64,000 nucleotides of DNA, taken from Desulfobacterales bacterium. Its GTDB lineage: Bacteria; Desulfobacterota; UBA8473. Under the pieces are notes generated by a model. The model was not told where the DNA came from. It saw only the letters and a list, made by a program, of their open reading frames with translations, and searched no databases. The position numbers were made by a program, and so were the translations under genes. Below, in pieces: positions 48,940-59,649 of this stretch (the first letter of the stretch is position 1; each line of letters opens with the position of its first letter). The stretch is taken from positions 13,298 to 77,297 of the forward strand of contig JACQWO010000003.1 in NCBI GenBank assembly GCA_016209225.1. Reading direction: 5' to 3'.

Positions 48940-50355
48940 ATGACAATGGATCAAAGTAAAGATAATGCCATTGAGAGACTTTTCCATGAAGTGCAAGACA
49001 CCAAGTATCAAAGGTACCCGCATAATGGACTCTGTGTTGTAATAATATCTGGTCTAAATAACACCAGTAAAGCGGCACTCTTAAACAGAGATCATATCAT
49101 TTGGCACTTCCCTTTCACTATTGGAAGAACCTCACCGGAGGACAGATTTGCTTTTAAGTGACAGGATCTAATTCTTGCTGATAACAGGCCCTACCGTATT
49201 TCACGACAACACCTTTCCGTAGAAAGACGCGAAGATCAAATAGCTCTGGTCGATAGGAACAGCAAATTCGGATCGTGGGTTAACAATACTTTACTTGGGA
49301 AGAATGCAGCAGGTGGTAAGGAGGAGATAACGCTGAGGTATGGGGAAAATGAGGTCATTTTAGGAGGGCAAACTTCTCCCTTTATTTTTCAAATGCGAGT
49401 CATAAAAAGCGAGGACGTAGATGTTCTTTATGACTATGTTAAATGGCGGGATCATATGATCCCTGTCGCAGCACTTTACATCCGACTCTGTCATGCCACA
49501 AGTGATATCATTACCTCTTCGAACTATGATACCCACGATCGGATACAAAGGGCTTTGGATCTAGTAGTGGGTATCATTGCTTATCCAGAAACTATAGACA
49601 TGCTGTATTATTACTCTGCCCATCCTGATACGTTTGAAGACTTAATTGTTGCTCACTCGGTCAATGTAGCTATCTATACCATTAAAATGGCTCTTAGTTT
49701 ATCCTACTCCAAGGATGAGGCAACAATAATAGGCGTAGCCGCCTTACTTCATGATATTGGTTTGTATGATATTCCTAGAAGTATCATAGACAAAAGGAGA
49801 ATTATCTCCAAAAAAGAATACGATGTTATAAAGAAACATTCGAACATAGGTTACGAAAAACTTCTAGAAGTTGCCAATGATTACAAGCTTATTCCCCAGA
49901 TTGCTCTTGAACATCATGAACGTGTGGATGGCAACGGTTATCCCAACGGGATTAAGAAACTCTCGGATAATACAGAACTTATTGGGATGATAGATTTCTT
50001 TGAGGCAGTGACCCATTATCGTCCCCAAAGGGGCCCAATAACTCCTCATGAAGGCATTAAAATACTATTGGACCTGAGACATAGCGTGTTCAGCATTAAC
50101 CTGACTAAGGCTTTCCTCAATGTGTTCTCCACCTTTCCTGCATATAGTGTTATTCGTTTGAATTCGGGAGAAATAGGACAGGTAGTAAAAGTCAAGATAA
50201 ACTGGCCCCTCAGACCTACGGTCAGGATGCTCTTTAGAAACGATGGTCAACCGATAGAGGGAGAAAAAGAGATTGACCTCGTACAGAATAAAGACCTTTT
50301 CATTGCCAAAGATATCTCAGATCGTGTATTCATCGATAATTATTTCAAGTTATAG
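48940..50355 (+). pseudogene. FHA-domain / HD-GYP phosphohydrolase gene interrupted by an in-frame TGA at 49159-49161
   Basis: ORFs 48940-49161 and 49393-50355 share a frame, and the intervening 231 nt are open. The TGA falls inside an FHA domain (...FTIGRTSPEDRFAFK-TGA-QDLILADNRPYRISRQHLSV...). Confidence 0.5.
49393..50355 (+). CDS. HD-GYP domain protein (minimal ORF downstream of the TGA)
   Basis: The HD motif (LLHDIGL) and the GYP motif (HHERVDGNGYP) are both present. Confidence 0.7.
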   Translation: MRVIKSEDVDVLYDYVKWRDHMIPVAALYIRLCHATSDIITSSNYDTHDRIQRALDLVVGIIAYPETIDMLYYYSAHPDTFEDLIVAHSVNVAIYTIKMALSLSYSKDEATIIGVAALLHDIGLYDIPRSIIDKRRIISKKEYDVIKKHSNIGYEKLLEVANDYKLIPQIALEHHERVDGNGYPNGIKKLSDNTELIGMIDFFEAVTHYRPQRGPITPHEGIKILLDLRHSVFSINLTKAFLNVFSTFPAYSVIRLNSGEIGQVVKVKINWPLRPTVRMLFRNDGQPIEGEKEIDLVQNKDLFIAKDISDRVFIDNYFKL

Positions 50356-50421
50356 CAGGGTAGTGGTTTCGTTAGATAGTGGCGGAAGGTTCCTTCCGGG
50401 GGTACAGAAGATATTTAGATA

Positions 50422-51459
50422 TCAAGGGAAGGGAGTAAGGTTATCTATCCCTGAATCTTCAGAGAGTCCACACATAATATTCATATTTTGAACCGCCTGA
50501 CCTGAAGCACCCTTAACAAGATTGTCTATTACCGATATTACTATTATCCTTTTCGTTCTTGGATCGAATTGGATACCTATATCACAGAAATTGGTGCCTT
50601 TTACAAAGGATATATTGGGAAAGTTACCTTCGGGATATATCCTGACAAATCTCTCTTTCTGATAGAAGTCTGTGTATATCCTTATCAGCTCTGATGTCGA
50701 GATATCTTTAAGAGATTTTGAATATATAGTACTCAGTATACCTCTGTTTGTTGGTATCAAATGCGGGGTAAAAGAGATAATTATTTCTTCACCAGCAAGG
50801 AGGCTTAACTCCTGTTCCATTTCAGGGGTATGCCTGTGCTGTCCTATCTTATATGCCTTAAGCCCTTCATTAACTTCACAGAAAAGATATTCCGTTGACG
50901 CTTCCCGGCCTGCTCCTGAGGCACCTGACTTAGAGTCCACAACTATGCTCTTTAAATCTATCATCTCGTTCTTCAGTAAAGGAGCCAGGCCAAGTATGAC
51001 ACTGGTTGGATAACAGCCTGGATTGGCAACCAGTGTTGCCTTTCTTATTTCAGCCCTGTAGAATTCAGGGAGACCATAGACGGCATCCTTCAAGAGACTT
51101 GGAAAGGTGTGTTTACAATACCACCTTTCATAAACCTCATGATCATTAAAACGGTAATCTGCACTCAAGTCTACTATTTTTTTCCCCTTCTCAATGAATT
51201 GGGGAACTATATCCATGGCTACCTTATGGGGTAAGCACGAAAATACGAAATCCGAAAGATCACAGATTGCTTCTGTAGATGGGTGAATGAATTTAATATC
51301 CATCTCTCCTGTAAAGACTGGGAAAGCCTCTGACAGCCTAGCTCCATTAAACCTTCTCGATGTCAATGCAGTGATTTCCACACCGGGATGTCTGAGCAGA
51401 AGTCTGATCAATTCCTGACCGGTATATCCACTGGCACCTATTACAGCAACTCTTAGCAT
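50422..51459 (-). CDS. argC: N-acetyl-gamma-glutamyl-phosphate reductase
   Basis: MLRVAVIGASGYTGQEL and a catalytic Cys region identify ArgC. The internal Met start has a GGAGAG ribosome-binding site; the ORF-track start is 60 nt too long. Confidence 0.9.
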   Translation of the reverse strand: MLRVAVIGASGYTGQELIRLLLRHPGVEITALTSRRFNGARLSEAFPVFTGEMDIKFIHPSTEAICDLSDFVFSCLPHKVAMDIVPQFIEKGKKIVDLSADYRFNDHEVYERWYCKHTFPSLLKDAVYGLPEFYRAEIRKATLVANPGCYPTSVILGLAPLLKNEMIDLKSIVVDSKSGASGAGREASTEYLFCEVNEGLKAYKIGQHRHTPEMEQELSLLAGEEIIISFTPHLIPTNRGILSTIYSKSLKDISTSELIRIYTDFYQKERFVRIYPEGNFPNISFVKGTNFCDIGIQFDPRTKRIIVISVIDNLVKGASGQAVQNMNIMCGLSEDSGIDNLTPFP

Positions 51460-51522
51460 CTTTCTTTCTCTCCAACAAAAAAAGGAAGGCCAGAGGGGCC
51501 TTCCTTTTGGCGCAGCCAAACT

Positions 51523-51915
51523 CTATCTTTTTGAGTACTGGTATTTCGCTCTGGCTCCTTTTTGCCCGTATTTTTTTCGTTCTTTGACCCTAGAATCCCT
51601 GGTAATAAACCCAGCTTTTTTTAAGACAGAACGAAAATCACCGTTTATCTCCAATAATGCCTTTGTAATACCGTGTCTTATTGCTCCAGCCTGCCCGGAG
51701 ATTCCCCCGCCATGAACATTGGCAAGGACATCATACTTCCCTGCTGTATCGGTAAATTCAAATGGTTGTTGTATAATCATCTTCAAGATTTCACGTTTAA
51801 AGTATTCATCAAGGGATTTATTGTTAATCTTAAATTCACCACTACCTGATCTCAACCAAACCCTGGCAATGGATGTCTTTCTCTTGCCTGTTGCGTAGAA
51901 CCTATCTTCTGCCAT
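51523..51915 (-). CDS. rpsI: 30S ribosomal protein S9
   Basis: 130 aa ORF with the C-terminus ...KYQYSKR. Confidence 0.95.
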   Translation of the reverse strand: MAEDRFYATGKRKTSIARVWLRSGSGEFKINNKSLDEYFKREILKMIIQQPFEFTDTAGKYDVLANVHGGGISGQAGAIRHGITKALLEINGDFRSVLKKAGFITRDSRVKERKKYGQKGARAKYQYSKR

Positions 51916-51981
51916 TATAAAAACTCCTCAATTCGGTAGTTCAAAAATTTACCGGAAAGTGATATGAAAGTCGCCATTTTT

Positions 51982-52410
51982 TTAAATAGTTAATATTTCA
52001 GGGTTCTGAGCCTGGTGAGGATGTTCTTCTCCGGCGTATACCTTTAGTTTCTTAATCATATTTCTGCCAAGGCTATTCTTTGGCAGCATACCTTTGACAA
52101 CCAGACTTATAAGGTCTTCGGGTTTTTTTTGTTGTAACTTTTCTGCAGTAGTCGATTTAAGTCCACCAGGATATCCGCTGTGGCGATAATAAACCTTTTG
52201 TTTCAGCTTCTTGCCTGTTAGGAGAACCTTTTCTGCATTTATTACAATTACAAAATCGCCAGTATCTACATGGGGAGTATAGATAGGGTTGTGCTTGCCT
52301 CTCAATCTCACAGCGATTTCACTTGCCATTCTCCCAAGTATTTTTCCATTGGCATCTATTAGGTACCATTTTCTTTCAACTTCACTCTTCTTAGCACTGA
52401 AAGTCTTCAT
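51982..52410 (-). CDS. rplM: 50S ribosomal protein L13
   Basis: [20 protein letters not shown] matches the canonical L13 N-terminus, which begins at the internal Met. Confidence 0.95.
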   Translation of the reverse strand: MKTFSAKKSEVERKWYLIDANGKILGRMASEIAVRLRGKHNPIYTPHVDTGDFVIVINAEKVLLTGKKLKQKVYYRHSGYPGGLKSTTAEKLQQKKPEDLISLVVKGMLPKNSLGRNMIKKLKVYAGEEHPHQAQNPEILTI

Positions 52411-52479
52411 TGTATGCTCCACACTTAAGATAATAAGTTTCATAACTTAATATATTCCCTCACTTTTGTCAAGAAAAAT

Positions 52480-52920
52480 ATGGAGTTTGCCGTGTTAAAG
52501 TTACTTATGCCTTATCACCTCAAGCTAAAGGTAGAACGTTCTTATCAATGGCTTCAAGACAGACTCGTAAGAACCTGTGTACGGGAAGATGTCAAAGATA
52601 TTAGACACGCCCAAACAATTCTTCATCGCAAACTTCAACGATACAACTACAGGCAAGTTCACTCAACCACCCAGGAGGTTCCTTACTATCGGTTTCAAAG
52701 GGCCCTTAACGAAGGCAAATCCCTGTTCCGAGAATTTAAAGTACCTTATATATCTCTTAACGGGATACAACTAAAAGTCAAAAACGCTACCCCCAGAGAG
52801 ACGGTCTCCCTCCGGATTTATCCCCTTAATCAAACCGTCTCTGAGTTTAGACTCTGGCATCAAAATCCTGAAGAGCACTCAAGGGGTACGCGCTCGCACT
52901 GTATCCTGCCCCGTGCTTGA
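52480..52920 (+). pseudogene. C-terminal remnant of a DDE (rve-type) transposase (IS21/Mu-like C-terminal domain)
   Basis: ...LQRYNYRQVHSTTQEVP resembles the end of the integrase core, W.YN.ERPH..LG..TP. A Mu/IstA-like C-terminal domain follows. No catalytic DDE part lies upstream, and the gene is adjacent to the tRNA. Confidence 0.45.
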
Positions 52921-52939
52921 CACGGGGCAGGATACAGTG
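52897..52939. other. perfect 19 bp stem hairpin (CACTGTATCCTGCCCCGTG / CACGGGGCAGGATACAGTG, loop CTTGA)
   Basis: Read directly from the sequence. The 3' arm merges into the partial MITE. Confidence 0.6.
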
Positions 52940-52972
52940 CAACGCCGCAGATGGACTTTTTACGAAGCCATC
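52931..52972 (+). repeat. partial MITE copy (the 3' terminal 42 bp only)
   Basis: GATACAGTGCAACGCCGCAGATGGACTTTTTACGAAGCCATC matches the last 42 bp of the full copies with a single mismatch (GATACAG versus GATGCAG). Confidence 0.55.
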
Positions 52973-52995
52973 AAAGTTGATTTTGGGGGATTTTT

Positions 52996-53072
52996 TGGTG
53001 GCGGTGCAGGGATTTGAACCCCGGACACTGCGGATATGAGCCGCATGCTCTAACCAACTGAGCTACACCGCC
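52996..53072 (-). tRNA. tRNA-Met (anticodon CAT), with CCA encoded
   Basis: A cloverleaf reads directly from the sequence. The acceptor stem is GGCGGTG/CACCGCC, the D-arm GCTC-AGTTGGTTA-GAGC, and the anticodon loop CUCAUAU. I cannot tell elongator Met from Ile2 (lysidine) by eye. Confidence 0.8.
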
Positions 53073-53177
53073 ATAGATAGGCTAATTTCTGATGCTGTTG
53101 ATTTATTTATGCAATAGTTATGCTCGCTTGTAACGGGTCATCATAAGTTTTCAAACCGTCAAATGGTCAGCTTTAGA

Positions 53178-54836
53178 TCAATTTATTAATTTATAGACTA
53201 AGACATAACTCTTGTCACCTTTAAAGATTGAGCCAATAGAGGTTTGGATAATTCCAACCACTAATTCATCTTTTCCGTCGTTATCTACATCCTTAATTTG
53301 AAAGTCCGCAATATACCCATAAATCTTTTTTGTTCTCCAATTCTCTGATAAACCCAGACCATCCCAGGTTAGACTATAAATTTCGCTGTCTTTATACATT
53401 CTAGTTCTTTCAAATAACTTTCCAGCACCTGGAATATTTCTTACAACAACTACTTCATTTTCTCCTTTATGATTTTGAACCAGTATCCGATTTTGAAGGT
53501 ACAATCTAGTTTCAAGCCCTTCAGTGGCATCAGTTGGCTTTGTACCGCTTAGATACTTAGTTAAAAAGTTCTTTGTCCCTCCATATATTTCATCACTCTT
53601 CCACATTAACTCTCCGCTATTAGAAAAAACCTTCAAGTTGTCATAATTATCGATCAGAACAATCTCCTTTTTTCCGTCTTTATCAACATCAATCAAGTTG
53701 AAACCATACACTATGGCACCCGGGGGGAGGGAAATATTTTGTTCTTCCATGTATTTGTTGTCTTTCCATATCAGTTGAGTTACACCACCGTAAAAAATAC
53801 CATCCAGCCCTACCTTTTGGCCAAGAAGCATGGAACCATTTTTGGACGTCTCAATCACCTTAAAAAAATAGTTGATGCCTGTTGCAATCTTTACAAAATC
53901 TCCTTTTTGGAACTCTATAACAAAGGAGTCCAGTCTGGTATCGACAAGGTTGGTTACAAAGATCTCTGAAATTCCATTTTTATTAATATCGGCAACATCA
54001 ATGGATAGATAGTTATCAGATTTCTTTCCTTTAATCTTTTTTATCAATGTCAGCCTATCTTCTGAGTATCTATATATCGATATGCTGTTATTGTCCATAA
54101 CAACCGTTTCATTCTTTCCATCCCCATCCACATCTCCAACAGCAATACCTTTAATCTCCAGGTCCAGTCTTTGACTCTTCCAAAATCCCTTCTTGAGACG
54201 CAGAGGATCACCAGACATTACAAACTCAGAACCGGTATCGGAAGAAGTGCCTTTCCCCTTTTTAGAAACAAGAAATTCTGACATAAAAGCAGATGCCTCT
54301 GCACTGGCAGTAGGAGGTGGAGGAGAAGATGAATAGACAGGATAAGGTTTACCTGTAATCCTGGAATTGGCCTTCAAAGCAAACTCACTGATTTCAGGAA
54401 TTACATTATCCAGTCCTTTGCTTGTGGCGAATAGAGACGTAACAGACTTTTTCTCCTTCAGGTCAAACATCTTGGCATCAATACTAACACTCTCACCTAT
54501 CTTAGTCAGGCTGCCCGAAATAATAAAATCCACACCAAGCTGAGTGCCGATCTTCTTTATTACTTCTTCAGTTATGGGACTCTCGTGAATTCGAGACAGG
54601 ACTTCATTTACTTGTATACCCTCAAGAACTACAACCTTATCCTCTACAGAAATCCTGGATGTAAGCATATCCAGGATCCCCTTCTTCAGATAATCCAAAT
54701 TTTCTGAGCTGTTTATCTGGAATGGAAGCACAGCTACCTTCACTATGTTATCAGCATAAGTGATTGAGTGAAATATAAAGAGATATAATAGGATTAAGGA
54801 AGATAGTTTAATAAATTTTAGAGTCACCTTCTTCAT
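53178..54836 (-). CDS. exported FG-GAP repeat protein
   Basis: A signal peptide plus repeated DVDGDGKNE, DVDKDGKKE and DVDNDGKDE calcium-binding FG-GAP motifs. Confidence 0.7.
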   Translation of the reverse strand: MKKVTLKFIKLSSLILLYLFIFHSITYADNIVKVAVLPFQINSSENLDYLKKGILDMLTSRISVEDKVVVLEGIQVNEVLSRIHESPITEEVIKKIGTQLGVDFIISGSLTKIGESVSIDAKMFDLKEKKSVTSLFATSKGLDNVIPEISEFALKANSRITGKPYPVYSSSPPPPTASAEASAFMSEFLVSKKGKGTSSDTGSEFVMSGDPLRLKKGFWKSQRLDLEIKGIAVGDVDGDGKNETVVMDNNSISIYRYSEDRLTLIKKIKGKKSDNYLSIDVADINKNGISEIFVTNLVDTRLDSFVIEFQKGDFVKIATGINYFFKVIETSKNGSMLLGQKVGLDGIFYGGVTQLIWKDNKYMEEQNISLPPGAIVYGFNLIDVDKDGKKEIVLIDNYDNLKVFSNSGELMWKSDEIYGGTKNFLTKYLSGTKPTDATEGLETRLYLQNRILVQNHKGENEVVVVRNIPGAGKLFERTRMYKDSEIYSLTWDGLGLSENWRTKKIYGYIADFQIKDVDNDGKDELVVGIIQTSIGSIFKGDKSYVLVYKLIN

Positions 54837-54848
54837 AATTCTCCACCC

Positions 54849-55250
54849 CTATTTCTCGCTTATCTCTATTAATACTCCAAAAGTTGATTTGGGGTGCAAA
54901 AAGGCTATCTTTGCCCCTCCTGCTCCCCTTCGGGGAGTTTCGTCAATCAGCTTCACACCCTTTTCTTTTAGCTCTCTCAATGCCTCTTCAATGTTTTCTA
55001 CTTGAAAGCAGATATGCTGAATCCCCTCTCCTCTCTTTTCGATAAACTTAGCTATAGCTCCCTCTGGAGACGTGGATTCCAACAACTCCAGTTCACTGTC
55101 TCCTATTGGTAGAAATACGGTAGTAGCCTTTTGCTCTTCCACGGTTTCTGATCCAACAGACTTCATGCCCAGTATATCTTCATAGAACTTCAAAGCCGGA
55201 GCACAGCTTTTTACTGCTATACCGATATGATCAATCTTCTTTATCTTCAT
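54849..55250 (-). CDS. mce: methylmalonyl-CoA epimerase (VOC/glyoxalase family)
   Basis: MKIKKIDHIGIAV...HICFQV identifies the family. The start is at the internal Met. Confidence 0.8.
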   Translation of the reverse strand: MKIKKIDHIGIAVKSCAPALKFYEDILGMKSVGSETVEEQKATTVFLPIGDSELELLESTSPEGAIAKFIEKRGEGIQHICFQVENIEEALRELKEKGVKLIDETPRRGAGGAKIAFLHPKSTFGVLIEISEK

Positions 55251-55354
55251 TTGTTCTCCCTTTTCACTTCGTGAGCATTCACCTATCACCCGTCAGCTTT
55301 CAGCAAAAAAACAAATCCTTTAACCTTTCACCTTTTGCCTTGTTTATTATAACA

Positions 55355-56320
55355 CTATACATTGGCGTTCTTTGATATCCTTTTGGCTATCGTCTCTACT
55401 GTCTTTTTTGTTAATAGATATGGATCTTCCTTTTTGTTTACGATATCCTCCAGGCGCTGTTCAAAAAAATCCTTATTTTCTGCTATTAAACCATCAAGAT
55501 ACCGGTATATTTCGTGTTCGATCATCTTAATTATTTCGCATCGGATCCTTTCTTTCCGTCGGCAAGCCAGCATACCGCTTTTAATCAAAAAATCTCTATG
55601 TTCATTAATCTTTTCAACAAGGGTGCCGATACCCTGATCCTCTGTTGCCACAGTCTTAATGATGGGAGGGGTCCATTCTCTCTCAACTGAACTCAGTCCT
55701 AACATCATCTTAATCTCTGTAACCAGTCTGTCAGCGCCATCCCTATCAGCCTTATTTACTACAAATATATCTCCAATCTCCATAATGCCGGCCTTTATTG
55801 CCTGGATATCATCGCCTCCACCTGGCATTACAACGAGAATCGAAACATCAGCAGTTCTAACAATGTCCACCTCGTCTTGCCCAACCCCTACAGTCTCAAT
55901 TATAATATAATCCTTACCATAGGCATCGAGGATCTTTACCGTGTCCGATGTTGCCCTGGAGAGACCACCCAGACTTCCTCTGGTAGCCATGCTGCGAATG
56001 AAAACATCCTCATCACTACTTACTCCCTGCATCCTTACCCTATCACCTAACAATGCCCCACCGGTAAACGGACTTGTTGGATCAATAGCTATAATTCCCA
56101 CAGTATGGTTCTGACGCCTAAGCTCTTTTGTAATCCTATCAGTCAGCGTGCTTTTGCCTGCTCCAGGAGGTCCGGTAATACCAATTATATAGGCATTGCC
56201 AGTAAGAGGATATATCTTTTCCATTGCCTCAATCCCACCAGGCATCTCGTTTTCCACTAAGGTAATGAGCTTGGCTAATGCCCTAACCGACCCCTTACGT
56301 ACCTCATCAACCAATTCCAT
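55355..56320 (-). CDS. meaB: methylmalonyl-CoA mutase-associated GTPase MeaB/ArgK
   Basis: The P-loop GITGPPGAGKST, the internal Walker B-like motif ILVVMPGGGDD, and NKAD. Confidence 0.9.
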   Translation of the reverse strand: MELVDEVRKGSVRALAKLITLVENEMPGGIEAMEKIYPLTGNAYIIGITGPPGAGKSTLTDRITKELRRQNHTVGIIAIDPTSPFTGGALLGDRVRMQGVSSDEDVFIRSMATRGSLGGLSRATSDTVKILDAYGKDYIIIETVGVGQDEVDIVRTADVSILVVMPGGGDDIQAIKAGIMEIGDIFVVNKADRDGADRLVTEIKMMLGLSSVEREWTPPIIKTVATEDQGIGTLVEKINEHRDFLIKSGMLACRRKERIRCEIIKMIEHEIYRYLDGLIAENKDFFEQRLEDIVNKKEDPYLLTKKTVETIAKRISKNANV

Positions 56321-56359
56321 AGTAGCTCCCCAATCTATTCTGTTAAATATACCAAATAT

Positions 56360-56782
56360 TTATACCTGAGACAGGCTCTCTCTAATGTAGTTTATTAGTG
56401 TTTGAGAAGACATACCAGGCCCAAAAATCTCAGAGATTCCGAGTTTTTTTAACTCAGGAACGTCGTCTTCCGGGATAATGCCCCCCCCTAAAACCAATAT
56501 ATCACCTAGACCCTTTTTTTTCAAGAGTTCCATTATCCTCGGAAACAAAAAACCATGGGCTCCTGAGAGGATACTCAACAAAATGGTATCTACATCCTCC
56601 TGAAGAGCTGCATCAACAATCTGTTCCGGGGTTTGACGAATCCCTGTGTAAATAACCTCCATCCCTGAATCTCTTAAAGCCCGAGCGATAACCTTAGCGC
56701 CTCTATCATGGCCATCCAACCCGGGTTTGGCCACCAAAACCCTAATCCTTCTATCCTGATTCATCCAGGTCCTCCTTCCCAA
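56360..56782 (-). CDS. acyl-CoA mutase B12-binding small subunit
   Basis: A cobalamin-binding DxHxxG motif ([10 protein letters not shown]) in a 140 aa ORF. Confidence 0.85.
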   Translation of the reverse strand: MGRRTWMNQDRRIRVLVAKPGLDGHDRGAKVIARALRDSGMEVIYTGIRQTPEQIVDAALQEDVDTILLSILSGAHGFLFPRIMELLKKKGLGDILVLGGGIIPEDDVPELKKLGISEIFGPGMSSQTLINYIRESLSQV

Positions 56783-56815
56783 ATCGCCCCTTTTATTGCA
56801 TAGATCAAAGAACCT

Positions 56816-58471
56816 TCATATTACCGAGGTTCCCTCATATTCACCAAAGACTTCTCGGAGCACATCACATGTCTCACCCAATGTTGCATAGGCTTTAACC
56901 GCCTCGATTATCGGAGGCATTAAATTGGCATACCCTTCAGCAGTCTTTCTTAATGCTAAGAGAGTGGATTGAACCTTTTGATTATCCCTATCTGTTTTAA
57001 GTTCTTTGAGCTTTTTTATCTGAATAGCTCCAACCTCAGTATCAACCTTTAGCAAACCTTTGGGAAGTGGTTCCTCTACCTGGTAACTATTCATCCCTAC
57101 CACCACTTTTCCTCCAGACTCCACTTCTTTTTGATAGCGGTACGCACTCTCTTGAATCTCCTGTTGAATATAGCCCTTTTCTATAGCAACAGCAGCTCCT
57201 CCTAATTCGTCTATCCTCTCAATATAGTCGGTTATCTTCTCCTCCATCTTTTTTGTCAGACTCTCTATATAGAAAGAACCGCCCATTGGATCCACTGTGT
57301 CGGTAACCCCGATCTCATGGGCTATTATCTGCTGGGTTCTCAAAGAAAGACGTACTGATTCCTCTGTTGGCAGTGCTAAGGCTTCATCAAAGGAGCATGA
57401 AGCCAAGGATTGAGCGCCTCCCAATATCGCTGCCAGGGTCTGGAATGCTACCCTTACAACATTGTTGAGTGGTTGTTGGGCAGTTAGTGCACTGCCGGCT
57501 GTCTGGGTATGAAACCGAAACATCCATGATCTGGGGTCAGAAGCCCCAAATCTTTCCTTCATAATCTTTGCCCATAGCCTTCTGGCAGCCCTATATTTGG
57601 CTATCTCCTCAAAGAAGTTATTATGAGTATTAAATATCCAGGAAATTCTTGGAGCGAAGTCATCTACCCTCAACCCAGCCTTTATCCCCGCATTTACATA
57701 CTCAATAGCATCTGCAAAGGTGAAGGCTATCTCCTGTACTGCCGTGGCACCGGCCTCCCTCATATGATAGCCTGCTATATTTATAGTATTCCATTTAGGT
57801 ACATGTTTTGAGCAGTACTCAAATATATCGGTAATCAACCTTAGGGACGGACCCACCGGAAATATATATGTTCCTCTGACCGTATACTCCTTTAATATAT
57901 CGTTTTGAATCGTGCCGTTCAGCTTCTCAGGGCCTATCCCCTGTTTCTCTGCAACTGCTAAATACATTGCCAGGAGTATGGCGGCCGGGGCATTAATAGT
58001 CATAGACGTACTCAATTTATCCAAAGGGAGTCCGTTGAAAATCGTTTCCATATCAGCAAGGGAATCAACTGCTACCCCTACCTTTCCTACCTCACCCTGG
58101 GAAAGAGGATGATCCGAATCATAGCCAATCTGGGTAGGCAGATCGAATGCCACACTCAGTCCTGTTTGTCCCTGTTCAAGGAGATACTTATATCGTTTAT
58201 TGGTTTCGTCTGCTGTTCCATACCCGGAATACTGTCTCATTGTCCACAGCTTTCCAAGATACATTGATGGATGGGGAGCTCTAGTAAAAGGATATTCACC
58301 CGGGAAGCCTATCTCTTCAAGATAATTGATATCTTTGGTGTCATCCACAGTATAAAGGGGCTTAATCTCCATACCCCAATCCGTCTCAACCTTCCTGAAG
58401 GTATGCTTTCCCATGCAATCTTTGTTCCACCTTTTTGTTTCTTCTTGTATCTTTTCTATATCCTCTTCCAA
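56816..58471 (-). CDS. methylmalonyl-CoA mutase family large catalytic subunit (split-type)
   Basis: 551 aa ORF with a TIM-barrel substrate-binding domain. The split architecture is typical of archaeal MCM and of IcmA/IcmB. Confidence 0.85.
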   Translation of the reverse strand: MEEDIEKIQEETKRWNKDCMGKHTFRKVETDWGMEIKPLYTVDDTKDINYLEEIGFPGEYPFTRAPHPSMYLGKLWTMRQYSGYGTADETNKRYKYLLEQGQTGLSVAFDLPTQIGYDSDHPLSQGEVGKVGVAVDSLADMETIFNGLPLDKLSTSMTINAPAAILLAMYLAVAEKQGIGPEKLNGTIQNDILKEYTVRGTYIFPVGPSLRLITDIFEYCSKHVPKWNTINIAGYHMREAGATAVQEIAFTFADAIEYVNAGIKAGLRVDDFAPRISWIFNTHNNFFEEIAKYRAARRLWAKIMKERFGASDPRSWMFRFHTQTAGSALTAQQPLNNVVRVAFQTLAAILGGAQSLASCSFDEALALPTEESVRLSLRTQQIIAHEIGVTDTVDPMGGSFYIESLTKKMEEKITDYIERIDELGGAAVAIEKGYIQQEIQESAYRYQKEVESGGKVVVGMNSYQVEEPLPKGLLKVDTEVGAIQIKKLKELKTDRDNQKVQSTLLALRKTAEGYANLMPPIIEAVKAYATLGETCDVLREVFGEYEGTSVI

Positions 58472-58536
58472 TGCTAAATCCTCCCACGAGGGCTTCTATA
58501 CTCAAAAAATTGACCGTCGGTCTTTCTGTGCCTTCA

Positions 58537-58767
58537 TTACCCTATTACAGCAATAACCGTATCCGCCTGAACCGTCTGCCCCACTGATACATTTAATTCT
58601 TTTATTGTGCCAGACACAGGAGCAACCACTGGAATTTCCATCTTCATTGCCTCCAATAATGCCATCTGACTGTTCTCTTCTACCTTATCTCCAACTTTTA
58701 CATCTACTGCTACTATCTTTCCCACCATGGGAACCACTACTGGTGTTCCTTTAGATTCATCAGCCAC
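58537..58767 (-). CDS. biotin carboxyl carrier protein (biotinyl domain)
   Basis: 76 aa ORF with the EAMKME biotinyl-lysine motif. Confidence 0.75.
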   Translation of the reverse strand: MADESKGTPVVVPMVGKIVAVDVKVGDKVEENSQMALLEAMKMEIPVVAPVSGTIKELNVSVGQTVQADTVIAVIG

Positions 58768-58810
58768 TTGAGTTTTACCTCCTTCTTTTAATTACGCTTC
58801 TATTAATCTC

Positions 58811-59593
58811 TCACCTTCCCACAAACTTGGGAGCCCTCTTTTCAACGAATGCTGTCATCCCTTCTTTCTGATCAGCGGTTGAAAAGGCAACTCCCATTGC
58901 ATCGATGTCTCTGTATACCCCATCCGGATCAGGAGAATCCTGAGCTTCATTAAGGGCTTGTTTAGCCAGCTTTAAAGTAATCCCACTCTTTGATGCAATA
59001 TTACGGGCCAAGGACTTAACCTCATCCAAAAACTTATCTGCAGGGAAGACCCTGTTTGCCAATCCAATATCTTGGGCGGTCTTTGCATCAATAGGGTCTC
59101 CAACGAAGACCAACTCTTTCGCCATCCTCATCCCAACAGCTCGGGCTAAACGATACATTCCCCCCGCGCCAGGAAACACCCCTATTTTTATTTCAGGGAC
59201 ACCAAATTTTGCTTTTTCTGATGCAACTATAAAGTCACAGGCCAAAGCCAGTTCACACCCCCCTCCAAAGGCAATTCCGTTTACTGCGGCTATCACTGGC
59301 TTAGGCATTCTCCCAATGGCCTCAAATGAATCGAACAATGCCCTGGCCCATTCTCTGGCTTCACAGGAGTTAGCATCTTTAAGTTCTTTTATGTCTGCGC
59401 CAGCGGCAAATGCCCTTCCCTGACCGGTTACAATAATAACCCTCACTTCATCGTCTTCCCTTAAGATTTCTGCTGCTTTTCTCAGGTCTCTACCCACTTC
59501 GGCATTGAGGGCATTCAACGCATCAGGCCTATTCAGGGTTATAACTGCTAGTCCGCCCTCATCTTTTGAAACTATTATGTTCTTATATTCCAT
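58811..59593 (-). CDS. enoyl-CoA hydratase/isomerase (crotonase)
   Basis: GQGRAFAAGADI and AAVNGIAFGGGCELALACD match the crotonase fold. Confidence 0.9.
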   Translation of the reverse strand: MEYKNIIVSKDEGGLAVITLNRPDALNALNAEVGRDLRKAAEILREDDEVRVIIVTGQGRAFAAGADIKELKDANSCEAREWARALFDSFEAIGRMPKPVIAAVNGIAFGGGCELALACDFIVASEKAKFGVPEIKIGVFPGAGGMYRLARAVGMRMAKELVFVGDPIDAKTAQDIGLANRVFPADKFLDEVKSLARNIASKSGITLKLAKQALNEAQDSPDPDGVYRDIDAMGVAFSTADQKEGMTAFVEKRAPKFVGR

Positions 59594-59649
59594 AACAACC
59601 TCTCCTTTTTGACGTCATCCCTTACTGACTTCCACACAACAGCGGGCTC

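Noticed and set aside
52996-53072. The possibility that the CAT tRNA is the initiator tRNA-fMet
   Set aside because: Pair 1-72 is a normal G-C. The anticodon stem lacks the three consecutive G-C pairs typical of initiators, so it is elongator Met or Ile2-type.
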